A model generated the notes under the pieces. The model did no database searches. It had not been told where the DNA came from and worked only from the letters and a program-made list of their open reading frames with translations. Positions 37,938 through 50,464 of a stretch of 64,000 nt of DNA are shown here, one piece after another. The stretch spans positions 36,146,001-36,210,000 of the forward strand of contig OZ076413.1 of assembly GCA_964187785.1 (NCBI GenBank), written 5' to 3'. Within the stretch, counting starts at the first letter, position 1. Each line of letters begins with the position of its first letter. This DNA comes from Amphiscolops sp. MND2022. Lineage: Eukaryota. A program made the position numbers and the translations under genes.

Positions 37938-38787
37938 GTTGAACGGATTTGGAAACTTGGGCGAATGGAGCAAAAAGGCTGGTCACGATATTAACTTCCT
38001 ATCGCTATCCGGGGTTCTTTCAAGACTAGGTAGACCAGGTGAAGCTCCACAACCCCCGATAAACTTATTAGCTGACTTTGCTGGGGGAAGTATGTTATGT
38101 GCCCTTGGCATCATGCTCGCTCTATTCGAACGCTCCAAATCTGGAAAAGGTCAAGTCGTGGACTGTAATATGTTATCTGGATCCTCATATCTGGCTTCTT
38201 TTCTATGGAACTCCGTGAGGACCATGCCAGAAATCGTTGATCACCCTAGAGGTCAAAACCTATTGGACGGGGGTGCCCCTTTTTACGGCACTTACAAAAC
38301 CAGCGACCAAATGTTTATGGCTGTTGGAGCTCTGGAACCAAAGTTTTTTCATAACTTGATGACTGTTCTGAATCTGTCAGAAGCACATCCGGTTACAGAA
38401 CAATTTGATAAATCAAAATGGTCTCAAATGAGACAAGATATAGCCCAATGTTTCCTATCAAAAACGCAGAAAGAGTGGGTCAGTCTATTTCAAACAGTTG
38501 ACGCATGCGTTTCTCCCGTGCTTGAGATGAAGGAAGCGCCGGAATTGGAGCAGAATGTAGAAAATGTCAACTTTGTAAGAAAGGATGACGGCAGGATTTA
38601 TCCCAACGTGGCCCCCAAACTATCAAGGTCACCTGGTCGAATTGATCTGCAATCTGTGGGTCAGTTGTTGCCAGTCGGCAGAGACACTCGAGACGTTTTG
38701 CTTCAAAATGGATTTTCACATGGCGAAATAGACCAACTAGTTTCAGATGGAGTTGTGTTCTGCCTTGACGAGAAATCAAAATTATGA
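37938..38787 (+). CDS. AMACR: Alpha-methylacyl-CoA racemase (CaiB/BaiF CoA-transferase family III), terminal exon of ~282 aa; 5' exons not found
   Basis: GHDINFLSLSGVLS, PINLLADFAGGSM, GKGQVVDCNM, RGQNLLDGGAPFYGTYKTSD, FMAVGALEPKF, DACVSPVL, C-terminal SKL (PTS1). Acceptor TTTTTTTTAG at 37928-37937. Confidence 0.95.
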
Positions 38788-39999
38788 CACCTTTATTTTT
38801 CAAACTTTTTTGTGTAGCTAAAGCTTTATGCCACTCATCAATAATCATCATCATGTATCTGATTTATTTTTTTTACAAATCTCAAATTTCAAAAATATGG
38901 CAACTGACAAAGTATGACTTAAAATACTCCAAACACCAATCTTTCATTCAGCTTCTAAACTTTAGCTTATACATCATTTTTAGTCGGCCCTTTTTTAAAA
39001 CTCTTACAGTAATTTTTTTCTCCAGACCACAGACATCACACTGAATGGTCTACTTTTTACAGAATTTCTCTAGGCCTTCCTATCTTACTAGAAAGCAATC
39101 TCGGGTGCTTCTTCCAAAACGATGCCATAGTTTTTGAGGCTTTTTTCGTTACTGAACAAATCAAAGTTTTTTTGACATTGAGAGACTTTTCCCGAGATTC
39201 TTTGCTCTTTTGCGTTTTTCGGCACTGTGAGACTTTTTTCCAAAATGGTTTATGCTTGCAAAGGTATATGAAAGACCGAAGGGTTCCCGTTTTGTGTTTT
39301 TTCGGTACTATGCGACTTTTTGACATTTTTTGGAACAACCGAGTTGCCTTCATTTTTCAGCAGAAACAACGTTTTCCGAGCATTGATGATGGCTCCTTAA
39401 GACTTAGTTTCTTTCAAAAAATGTCTTCGATAAGTCTCATTTTTCGAAAGAAACTTTTCCCACTCAATTTTCGGTTTTTGAGGTTGTCTTTAGAAAATTG
39501 TGGGGCTGATGAGAGTTTTCTCAACATCTATGGAAAAGACCTACGGCAAAAAGACACGCAATTTGAGACTTTTATCCGAAGAAAATTGGGTATTCCGATT
39601 TTTCCAGTTAGAAAAAAAACGGTTTTTGAGTCTTGAAGGCATCCCTTCGGGCGTTTTTGGCTCAGTAAGTGTAATATAATTTTGTCAATAGTGTCCCCTT
39701 CCGGATTTAAAAAAGTGTCTCCTGGGTTTTTTGGCACTATGAGACATCGTTTGAAAAAAATTTTCAACATGTACGTTTTCCTGATGTTTTCGGTTCAAAA
39801 AAATATATTTTCGAGTCTCAAGGGTAGCAAATTCGAGTAATTTTTGGCCCCGATTATTTCGAACACTCTTTTAGAACCTTGAGCGGGGCACCGACTTGAG
39901 CCGAATGAATTTTTTTCTGAATTCGTTTGCTCAAAAGATGAAATGGAAAAAAATGAACGCATTGAAAACATAGGCGCGACTGCATGTCGCGCTTTGCCT

Positions 40000-40690
40000 C
40001 GAGCAGAAACGTTCAACGGTCTGAAAAAGTGCTACAAATTGGGCATATCCCAGGACCCAAGACCTAGTGAACTTATCTAGTCTGAGATCAGGATATTTTG
40101 ATGGAAGATCTGAAAAGATGAATGAAAAAAATTTTTTGAGAAAAATGAAAAATGTGTTTTTGGCCGAAACCCGAAGGCGTCATACTTCGTGGCGGAAACT
40201 TTGATAGTCCAAAAACTAGCGTATATCCTCCCTCACTTTCTGAGGGAGAATGGTTTTCGTATCTATTTTCAGTTCTGCGAAAAATCAGCTACAAATTGGA
40301 AAAAAATTGAAAAATTCAGATAACTTTTCATTACTTTATTTGCCCAAAAACACCAGAGCGAAAAAATTTCGACGTCATTTTAGCCCAAAACGCATCCTAG
40401 AAAATCCTCGTACACTTTTCGAAATCATGAACCCCTATTTGTTCTCAGTCATGAGATATAGCAGCTCAGGTATAAAAGAACCGAGAAAAGCCTTTAAAAA
40501 ATTCAAGTATTTTTGCCAGAAAAACGAAGGCGTCATACTTGATGAGGGCACTTTTGTTGATCCAAAAAGTAGCCTATATCCTTGCAGTTTTTCAGGAGGG
40601 GGAATGGTTTCTATATCTTTTATCAGTATTGAGAAATATGAGGTACAAATTAGAAAAAAATCGATTTTCATCTTTTTTGAGCACAAAAAC
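40000..40690. repeat. AT-rich interspersed repeat with an internal duplicated motif
   Basis: GAAGGCGTCATACTT...CCAAAAA(C/G)TAGC...ATATCC...GGAATGG occurs twice (~40173 and ~40527). Confidence 0.5.
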
Positions 40691-40703
40691 AGTATGAAAA
40701 AAA

Positions 40704-40776
40704 TGGCAAGTCCCGGATTCGAACCGGGGACCTCAGGGATGAAATTCAGGCTATCTATCCACTGTGTCACGAGACC
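40704..40776 (-). ncRNA. tRNA-like Pol III head (SINE-like), copy A
   Basis: A box TGACACAGTGG, B box GGTTCGAATCC, perfect T-stem, followed by a T run. Other stems do not pair. Confidence 0.6.
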
Positions 40777-41403
40777 TTTTCAACCAGTACATACAGGTTC
40801 TTTATGTAACGAGCATTCTTTCACTGTACATTCGCTAATCATTTTGTGAATCCTCATTAAAATTTTGCCTGAAAGGTGTACGTATGAATTTTTAAGAAAT
40901 TGACAAAGTTAAAAGCACAACTTCATTTAAAATTTCGCAACGTCCCGGAAAAGTTTAGCTCTAGAATAATCTAGAGAATTATCCAGGTAGTTCTACAGCT
41001 CGTCGATATTGCTTGTCATTGTTTTCAATGTCAATTCAAAGGAGTTATTTACTTTATCTGGGGGTTGTTGTCGACCAGTTTACATATCAAATCTCAGGTG
41101 GCGAAAAGTTACAAAATGGCTACCTTAAGGGTCTTTTGTCATTTATCCAATCGATTCCAAGATCACAAAGTAATTTTTTATGAATAATGTGGCTTTCAAA
41201 TACTTGACAATTGGGAGAGCAAATTGCAAGGTTGTCTTCACCCAGATAATTAGTCACACTCAGCAGCTTGGTTAATTTGTCTTTCTATTGGACTTTGCTG
41301 GCTGTTTCTCCTCTTTTATTTTGAAAGAAAATGAATCTGTTTTGCTAAACGTTCATCAACCTCAGTGCACAGTATACTTATCCATTTGTCCTTTTGAAAA
41401 GTT

Positions 41404-41745
41404 ATGGATTATCTGAGATCACATTGGGGTTTGGACCAAACTCGTGTCCGTTTTCACGAATATGGCGAACCAGCCGCACCAATACCACCACCTACGAGGA
41501 AACTTCTGACAGAAAATCATCAAGGCGGAAGTTTCGAAAACAATGTCAGTGGGCGATGAAACTAGAAGATCCGGCAAAAATCGAATTTGTAACAGGGCTT
41601 TCGTTATACCTGAAGATGGGGAGGGAAAAGCGGGACTAGACCGTGCTCAAAGTTGACAAATAACCGTGAATTTCATTCTTTTTGCTTATTCGGCCTGAGT
41701 GTTTTTTAAATGTCAGCCCCACTCTTCTTGTCATCAACTTCGTGA
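41404..41745 (+). pseudogene. uS5/RPS2-like copy A, internally deleted
   Basis: AEVSKTMSVGDETRRSGKNRICNRAFVI. A 2-nt frameshift, plus a ~450-bp deletion between AAAGTT microhomologies that removes the middle and the intron. Confidence 0.7.
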
Positions 41746-42249
41746 ACCCGAGACATTTTTGCTGTCAACGTTTAAAACTCTCGGTCTTTGGCGTTGTCGA
41801 TGACATCCCATCCCATTTTGGAACGAAATAAAATTTTAAAAATTTCAAATTGTGCTCCCTGGAAATTTGGAAGCTATTACCGGCTTCATCTTAGCATTTC
41901 CGGAATCGCTGGATCAAGGATTGTATTCTGAAGCATCATATACGATCTAAATGCTAAAACCCATCTAGGGAAGAGATCGATCGAGTGTTCGTCGTTTAAT
42001 GATCAAAATCTATTCTATACTTTTTTTGTGAAACGTCTATGCTATAAGACATCGCGCCGACCAACAAAATGAGAGCAAAACAAGTCTGAATTCACAAAGT
42101 TATTAACGCTCTTTCAACTTGTTGAAAGTTTACTCGCTAGGTACTTGAGAACAATACAAAAAACGTCTTTTCGCTCTTTCGATACGGTTTACAAATTCAT
42201 TGTCACTGAACCATTTGTCAAAATCTATCAAATACTCCAAGTCTTCTAT

Positions 42250-44263
42250 GGCGTTTGCCTCGTCTTCCGTTAGTGTTTGGGCAGTCACTTGGGTCTACTT
42301 ATCTTCTTCGAGTTGACCATATGATACCTCTGTCGCCACGTCATCGACGATTGGGTTTCTTGGAGGGCTCTGTTCATCCAGAATTTCGTTCAAGTTTGTT
42401 TCGCCTTCTTCCAGCTCGGAGTCGCTGTACTCTCTTTGAAGCATTCCCGAGTCAGGGGGCGACCATGCTTCCATTAATTCTTGAGTGAGATTGACTCGTC
42501 CTCACTTAGTTGCAATGGTGATGAGAGACGGCGTTCACCGGTATCGTAGCCTCATCTGGAAAAACTTTTTTGGGGATCGATACCGTTTAGTTCATCCCAA
42601 GTGGGACTTGTTGGCATTTCTTCGTTTTCAAATCCCCATTCTGGTTCATCCAAAATGTCTTGCTCAACACGAACATCCCTGCAGTGATCATGGGGTAAAG
42701 TTGAGATGCCGTCTTCTAATACATAGCGCTTATCATCAAGAGAGCTGAGAGACATCTTGTTTGTCTTGATAGTTTTCAACTGATGTCGGGTTGATCCGAT
42801 ACGCGTGTTTAAGGTCTTGAAAGATTCACCCGTCTGCAGAATTGTTTTGAAAAGTTCATGTGTTAGGTTCTGTTGTGGTAGGGTTTCCATGTTCAATACC
42901 AACAAAGTAGAAGCCGTTTGGTTGGGGTAGTTCAGTGACGCGTGTTGATTCGTTTTCCTGCAGGCAGCCGGCAAGTGGTTGAAGGATTGATGAGATCAAA
43001 ATAGATAACCACGGGGCAAACCATCTAGCACCCAAGTTTTTGAATTTCAGCCTGTTGTTTTCTGGTTGAGGCATTTTCACAACGGCGGGCTCGTGATGCA
43101 GGCATTTAGCAGGCGTTTCTGCAGAGTACTCGTTGAAGCAACGTTGTTGTTCCTTCAATCAAGTTAACGAGTCTTGAAACGCCTAGTATCAAAAAGTAGT
43201 GATACTCCTTTTCATCGTCCACTAACAATGAATCAACATTGAAGGTGTTGTCCTCACTGGAAACTCTCTGTGGAACTAGTTCGTTTTCAGTACAGCTGGA
43301 AACGTTAACGTTGCACTTGTTCAATTTCTCAAATCGTAACATCTGTCCAAAGCCCATGGGCATTTCATAATCACCCAGTGCTTGATGAGCTAATTGATTT
43401 CGTGGGAAATAAGTTTCACTGTTCGTTCGTCTGCAAATGAAATCCCGGTTAGCCACATAGAGTAGAGGTCTATGTTTCAGCCTGGAGGTGCCACGCGCCT
43501 GTAAAGCAGTACAAAAAGCAATTTTGATCTTGTCGGTTGCGAATGTTAAGCAGTAAATGCGGTGCCTCCAGTTCTGGTGGAGTAGGAAGTAGGAGCATTC
43601 CCGAATTGGATTGAAGGTGGCAAATTTAATGTCTAGCTCAATTATTTTGTCCAGTATCCCCCTACTTTCAGAAGCAGTGAACGTAAACGAAGCGTTGATC
43701 ATTTTGTCCACTGTTGTCAGGAAATGATTTTGCGGCAATGTATTGCCGTAGACAGGTACCAAGTGTGATCGAAGAAAAAGTTCAGTTCCTTTTTTTGTCG
43801 GCTTTGTAAGCTATGTTCTCGAAACGAGATGTAATTATTGACTCGTGCGGTTTACATTTTCGCTAACCAATTGATCAATTTGTGGTTTGGCAGTCATGAA
43901 CTGCATCAAGTCATTTTCTCCTGATCCAGTAATTTTGAATACTTTACGAGCCCCATTGGATGCGGATGAGATTGGCTTCGTTTTCTCGAACGAATCGATA
44001 GGTGGTGGTAGTTCACGTTTCTGTAATAAGTGTTTGAAGAATTTTTGGGCGTCATCGAATCCTACTCCACAATAGACGCACATGTTTTCCAGCTGGGTTC
44101 CGTGTTTCTCGCGAAAGTGTTGATCAGATAGGGCAAATAGCTCCATCTTCTGGCAAACATGGCCTTCCATGGGGAGATTAGCAGTTATTTTGTAAACATT
44201 TCGTCGATGTTGGCGAAGATTGTTTTTGTTTGGAAATGTTTTCTTATACTCAAAAATCTCCAA
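42250..44263 (-). pseudogene. Second Polinton-like PolB family, left arm: N-terminal zinc-finger/pre-exonuclease part joined to the extreme C-terminus and acidic tail
   Basis: CVYCGVGF, RFEKLNKCNVNV, HYFLILGVSRL, HHEPAVVKMP..LKFKN, GIEHGNP; then KTNKMSLSSLDDKRYVLEDGISTLPH. Confidence 0.8.
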
Positions 44264-44539
44264 CTTTGTTGAGAAGCAGTTACCCTTACAGACAGAATTT
44301 CTTGAAAATCACTAGTTCCCACATGCAATATTTGATTGAAATTACTATATCAGATGAATTTGTTGCCGAAACAATATCTTGCTGTAATAAAAGTGAAAAT
44401 TTTCACAAAAAGTACAGTCAAATTCACTCTGAAAAAGTATTTTCAATCGAATATTGCATGTGGGAATTATTGATTTTCAAGAAGTTTTGTCTGTAAGGGT
44501 AACTGCTTCTCAACAAAGTTGGAGATTTTTAATTTTTAG

Positions 44540-46600
44540 CTTTGAGAATTCCCGTTTTCTCGATTGAGCTATCGGGGTTATTCGGGTTCGATGACAAATG
44601 CAAGCTGACCCACCCCTGTCAGACAATCGGTGGTCAATCTCGTTTCAACTGGTCCAAAAATACAAGCTGACGCGCCCCTCTCGAGCCATTTCATAAAAGC
44701 ACTTGAGAAAATTGTTCACGAAATGTATAAAAGAAAGCAAAATCATCGTTACTTTCGTGATGCACTACCAGAAAGACTTCAGGAAGCACAATTTGTTGGA
44801 TCTGCGAAGGTCAGTTTGGGCTGACTAGTGACATAGAAGACGACAAAGTTATTGGCCATTGTCACTATTCGGGAAAGTTTCTCGGTTTCGCACACCCAGA
44901 ATTTGATATCAACAGGAAAACTACGAACTTCATTCCAGTCATAGCTCACAATTCGTCAAACTATGACTTGCACCATGTTTGCATGTACATCCACAAGTTC
45001 AAACCAGGTTGCAAACTTGATGTGATGCCGTCAACAGATGAAAAATACATAACATTGTTAGTCGGAATGCCTGTTAGAGCATACCAAGATAAAAATGGAA
45101 TGACAAAAACAGTATTCGAGCAACTGTGATTTTTAGACTCGATGGGTGCTTCGCTAGAAAAATTAGTTTCATACTTGCCCGAAGACAAGTTTGAAATTCT
45201 TGACAAAGTCATCCTGATCATTCTACAGAAGAGCGAAACCTCTTACACCGAAAGGGGCATTATCCGTATTCCGACTTTGATAACTTTGAAAAGCTCCAAG
45301 AAGAGGAGCTACCACCGAGAGAAAAATGGAGATTTGCTGCGCAATGGAGAAGTTATGATTACTGATGATCAATGGCAACATGCGGAGAACGTATACCAGC
45401 AGATCCAATGCGCAAACGTGGGTGATAAACACTATTTGTACCTTTTAACTGACACTACTCTTGGCATGCGTGGCTGAAGATTTTCGTAGCCTCTGTTATA
45501 AGACCTTTGGCTTGGATAGTGCGCCGTATTTTACTTGCTCCCACTTATCTGGCGATGGTTTCTTGAAAATATGCCGGGCAGACATTGAACTTTTAACTGA
45601 TCGCTCCCACCTGGAAATGGTTGAAATATGATTAGAGATGGGGTATCTCCAGTGTTTGGCAAGATACTTTTCAAAACAAAGAACAGATACCTAGATGACC
45701 ACAACAAAAGAGAATGACACTTATGGGGTTTTACTAGACGCAAACCACTTGTGTGGCGGTGTCATGGAAAACCTACCATTGCCGTTAAATAGTTTCGAAA
45801 CAATTCAAACATTACTCCAACTGACGACTCTGTAGAATGATATATTCTAGATGTTAACCTTCGCTACCACGATAAGCTTCGAATTGGACATGAAGATTTT
45901 CCACTAGCTCCAACAAAAGAGAATATACTACAAAAGTCTGGGAGAAAGTCAACAAGAGTTGTTGAAGATGGGCGAAACTCGATTTTTTAGTGAAGGTAAA
46001 TAGTTTGATTCAGTCATCGTCTGTCAAGGAAAAGATCCATCACGTGGAACAAACCTACAATAGTTGGGGTTGCTGTACTAGACTTGGCAAAATTCGTCAT
46101 GTTTGATTTCCATTACAATATGATGAAGCTTCTCAATTGCGTTGTGTTGTACTCGGACACAGACTCTTTGCTAAACGAAGTGAAACACATAGAATTCGAT
46201 CGGAAGCTTGCCAAAAACGCCTAGTTGCGTCATTATTTTAACTTGTCAAATTATCCCACAAACATAAACTCTACAACGCAGAATTAATGGAGGCATTGTC
46301 GCCCCCTGACCCGAGCATGCTTCAAAGAGAGTACAGCGATTCCGAGCTGGAAGAAGGCGGAATAAACTTGAACGAAATTGTGGATGGTCAGAGCCCTCCA
46401 AGAAACCCATTCGAGAGTCCATGACGAGGCGACAGAAGTATTAGATGGTCAACTCGATGGAAAAGATAAATCAGACCCAAATGACTGCTCAAACACTAAC
46501 GGACCACAAGGCAAACGCCATAGAAGCGTCATAGAATTTGACAGTTGGTTCAGTGACGATGAATTTGTAAACCGAATCAAAAGAGCCAAAAGAAGACGGA
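44540..46600 (+). pseudogene. Second Polinton-like PolB family, right arm: exonuclease and polymerase core plus acidic tail
   Basis: HCHYSGKFLGFAH, IPVIAHNSSNYDLH, FLDS..SLEKLV, LDANHLCGGVM..LP (motif A), YSDTDSL (motif C, ~46148-46170). Confidence 0.85.
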
Positions 46601-47447
46601 TGGAAATTGTCAGCGATAGCGAAAAAAACGCATGTTCTTCCATATGCTAATAGTAGACTGTGTGCTATGATTGTTTTTAGTATTGTTCTCAAGTACCTGG
46701 CGAGTAAACTTTCAAGTAGTTAAAAAGCGTTAGTAATTTTGTGAATTCAGAGTTGTTTTGCTCTCCATTTATTGGTCGGCTCGTGGTCTTAAAGCATAGA
46801 TGTTTCACAAAGATAGTATAGTATTAGTTTTCAGTTTTTGAACGACGATCTATCTTTTCCCCCAGATGGGTTTTAGCATTTGGATCGTATATGTTGCTTC
46901 AAAAGACTCTCCTTGATCCATCGTTTGCAGAAGGGCTGGGTAAAAGCCTGTACTCGCTTCCAAATTTTCAGGGAGCACTCTTTGAAATTTTGAGAGTGAT
47001 TTCAAAAAATGTTTGAATCTATGAAAATTTTTGTTTTACGAGTTGGGTTTTAGCATTAGAATTTTCATGTGACTTCAAAAGACATTCCGCAATGCATCGT
47101 TTGCGGAAATGCTGGGTAAAAGCTCGTACAAGCTACCAAATTTTCATGGAGCACACTTCAAGATTTTGAGAAGTATTTCAAAAAGTTTTTTGAACCTTGC
47201 AAGTTTTGTTATTTTCCGACACGGGTTTTAGCATTTGAGTCGTTCATGTTCCTTCAAAAGGCACTCCTTGATCCGTCGTTTGCGGGAATGCTAGATTGAA
47301 GCCCGAACTAGTTTCCAAATTTTCAGAGAGCACACTTTGAAATTTTTGGAAATTTAATTTCGTTCCATCATGGGATGGGGTATCATCAACAACGTAAAAG
47401 ACCGAGTGTTTCGAACGTTGACAGCACCGCAAAAAAACGTCTCGGAT

Positions 47448-48249
47448 TTACGCCGTTGTTGACGAGAAGAGTGGGCTGATATTTAAAAGAACATTCAGGC
47501 CGAATGAGCAAAAAGAATCAAACTCACGGTTGTTTGTCAACTTTTTTCCTAGGGCGTTGAACGCAGCCAAAGCAAAGGTTGTCGTGTTGTTCGAATGAGC
47601 TGAAATGGTTTTTTTTCAAAGTAGGTTGAAACCGTTCTGAATAAGATTTCTATTTTCAGAAATACAACTTTTGCACAATCAACTGTGATCATTACAATCA
47701 ACCATTACTGAAAACATTCATCAGTTATCGAAAAAGCTTGACTTACTAGACTCGAGCATAACAATGCAGTCTTTTATTCCAATGAAACGAAGAATAAGTG
47801 TCACTATCGGAGAACACCCCATCGTACAGTTCCCTTTAGAGCAGGACTCTAGTTTAACTTCTTTCCCATCATAATTCCCAATAACTGGATTCGCTAATGT
47901 GTGTTTCTCGTTTTCCTCCGGACCGAACTTTCCTAGATTAAAATCAAACATCTGACTTTGCTTGTGCTGTAGCTTTCTCAATTGAAACTTTCTGAGCCCG
48001 GTCTATTTTAATGCCGAGTTCCGCTTTTCTCTTCCTATCTGCAGCTATCACGAAAGTGTTACGAACTCGATTTTCGCCGGATCTTCTAGTTTAATCGCCC
48101 AGTGACATTGTTTTCGAAACTTCCGCCTTGATCGTGTTTTCTGTCTGAAGTTTTCTCGTAGGTGGTGGTATTATTGTGGCTGGTTCACCATATTCGTGAA
48201 AACTGACCCTAGTTTGGTCCAAACCCCAATGTGATCTCAGATAATCCAT
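47448..48249 (-). pseudogene. uS5/RPS2-like copy B (intron 47600-47746)
   Basis: Same sequence as copy C with a GAA>TAA stop near 48092 and a +1 T frameshift near 47950. GTAAGT donor and TTTCAG acceptor retained. Confidence 0.75.
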
Positions 48250-49135
48250 AACTTTTGAAAAGGACAAATGGATAAGTATACTGTGCACTGAGCTTGATGA
48301 ACGTTGAGCAATACAGATCTATTTTCTTTCAAACTAAAAGAAAAGGAGAAACGGCCAGCGAATTCCAATAGAAAGACAAATTAACCAAGCTGCTGAGTGT
48401 GACTAATTATCTGGGTAAAGACAATCTTGCAGTTTGCCCTTCCAATTTATTCTGAAGTATTTGAAAGCCACATTATCCAAAGAAAAATATTTTTCTGAGC
48501 TTGGAATCGATTTGATAAATGACAAAAGACCCTCAAGGTAGCAATCTTGGAATTTTTCGCAATACAGATTTATTTTCTTTCAAACTCAAAGAAAAGGAGA
48601 AACAGCCAGCGAAGTCCAATAGAAAGACAAATTAACCAAGCTGCAGAGTGTGACTAATTATCTGGGTGAAGACAATCTTGCAATTTGCTCTTCCACTTTA
48701 TTCTCAAGTATTTGAAAGCCACTTTATCCAAAGAAAAATATTTTTCTGAGCTTGGAATCGATTGGATAAATGACAAAAGACCCTCAAGGTAGCCATTTTT
48801 GAACTTTTCGCTACCTGAGAAATCTTATGATATTATGTAAACTGGTCGACAAAATAAATAACTCCTTTGTATTGACAGTGAAAATAATGACAAGCAATAT
48901 TTACGAGCTGTAAAAATACCTGGATAATTCTTTAGAACATTCTAGAACTATACTATTCCGGAACGTTGCGAAATTTTACATGAAGTTGCTCTTTTACCTT
49001 TGTCAATTTCTTAAAAATTCATACGTACACCTTCCAGGCAAAATTTTAATGACGATGAGGATTCACAAAATTTTTAGCGAATATACAGTGCATGAATGAT
49101 CGTTATAAAAAGAACCTGCATGTACTGGGTGAAAT

Positions 49136-49208
49136 GGTCTCGTGGCACAGTGGATAGATAGCCTGATTTTCATCTCTAAGGTCCCCGGTTCGAATCCGGG
49201 ACATGCCA
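49136..49208 (+). ncRNA. tRNA-like Pol III head, copy B
   Basis: TGGCACAGTGG, GGTTCGAATCC, then a T run. Confidence 0.6.
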
Positions 49209-50464
49209 ATTTTTTTTAAAGATTCAACCCCGTATAACATCCAACTACTTGTATCGTTGGTGTTCTACTTTTTGATCGTTGTTTTGACCAAAACTTCTTG
49301 AATTTCGACTATACGCTATTGATTTAAAGATGTCTGGTTCGAAGGATAATTTGTGGCTCACTGGCGAGTAAACTTTCAAGTAGTTAAAAAGCGTTAGTAA
49401 TTTTGTGAATTCAGAGTTGTTTTGCTCTCCATTTATTGGTCGGCTCGTGGTCTTAAAGCATAGATGTTTCACAAAGATAGTATAGTATTAGATTTCAGTT
49501 TTTGAACGACGATCTATCTTTTCCCCCAGATGGGTTTCAGCATTTGGATCGTATATGATGCTTCAAAAGACACTCCTTGATCCATCGTTTGCAGAAGGGC
49601 TGGGTAAAAGCCTGTACTCGCTTCCAAATTTTCAGGGAGCACTCTTTGAAATTTTGAGAGTGATTTCAAAAAATGTTTGAATCTATGAAAATTTTTGTTT
49701 TACGAGTTGTGTTTTAGCATTAGAATATTTATGTGACTTCAAAAGACATTCCGCAATACATCGTTTGCGGAAATGCTGGGTAAAAGCTCGTACAAGCTAC
49801 CAAATTTTCACGGAGCTCATTTTGGAATTCTGAAAATCATTCCAAAAAGTTTTTTGAACCTGGCATTTGCCGAGACGGGTTTTAGCATTTGGATCATTTA
49901 TGGTGCTTCAAAGGACACTCCTTGATCCAGCGATTCCATAAATGCTAGGGTGAAGCCCGTACTAGCTTCCAAATTTCCAGGGAGCACACTCTGAGTTTTT
50001 GAGAATAATTTCGAAAAGATTTGGATCCTGAAAAATTGTTTTTTTTTACGAGTTGGGTTTAAGCATTTGGATTGTATTTTACTTCAAATAACATTCCGCA
50101 ATCCATTGTTTGCAGAAATACTGGGGTAAAAGCCCGTACAAGGTCCCCAGTTTTCATGGAGCACACTTCGAGATTTTGAGAAGTATTTCAAAAAGTTTTC
50201 TGAACCTTGCAAGTTTTGTCATTTTCCGACACGGGTTTTAGCATTTGAGTCGTTTATGTTCCTTCAAAAGGCACTCCTTGATCCGTCGTTTGCGGGAATG
50301 CTAGATTGAAGTCCGAACTAGTTTCCAAATTTTCAGAGAGCACACTTTGAAATTTTTGGAAATTTAATTTCGTTCCATCATGGGATGGGGTATCATCAAC
50401 ACCGTAAAAGACCGAGTGTTTCGAACGTTGACAGCACCGCAAAAAACCGTCAAACGTCTCGGAT

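Larger units (their letters stand above)
40696..49217. repeat. Large imperfect inverted duplication centred at ~44390 (left arm 40696-44362, right arm 44419-49217)
   Basis: Inner 44252-44362 mirrors 44419-44530. 42180-42480 mirrors 46280-46600. 41960-42170 mirrors 46680-46880. The RPS2-like and tRNA-like blocks are mirrored at the outer ends. Roughly 80-85% identity by eye. Confidence 0.88.

Noticed and set aside
39172-40849. ORFs of 110-199 aa in AT-rich repeats (also 6505-6867, 6864-7166 and 61035-62664)
   Set aside because: Phe/Lys-rich low-complexity translations of non-coding repeat families, with no domain motifs.
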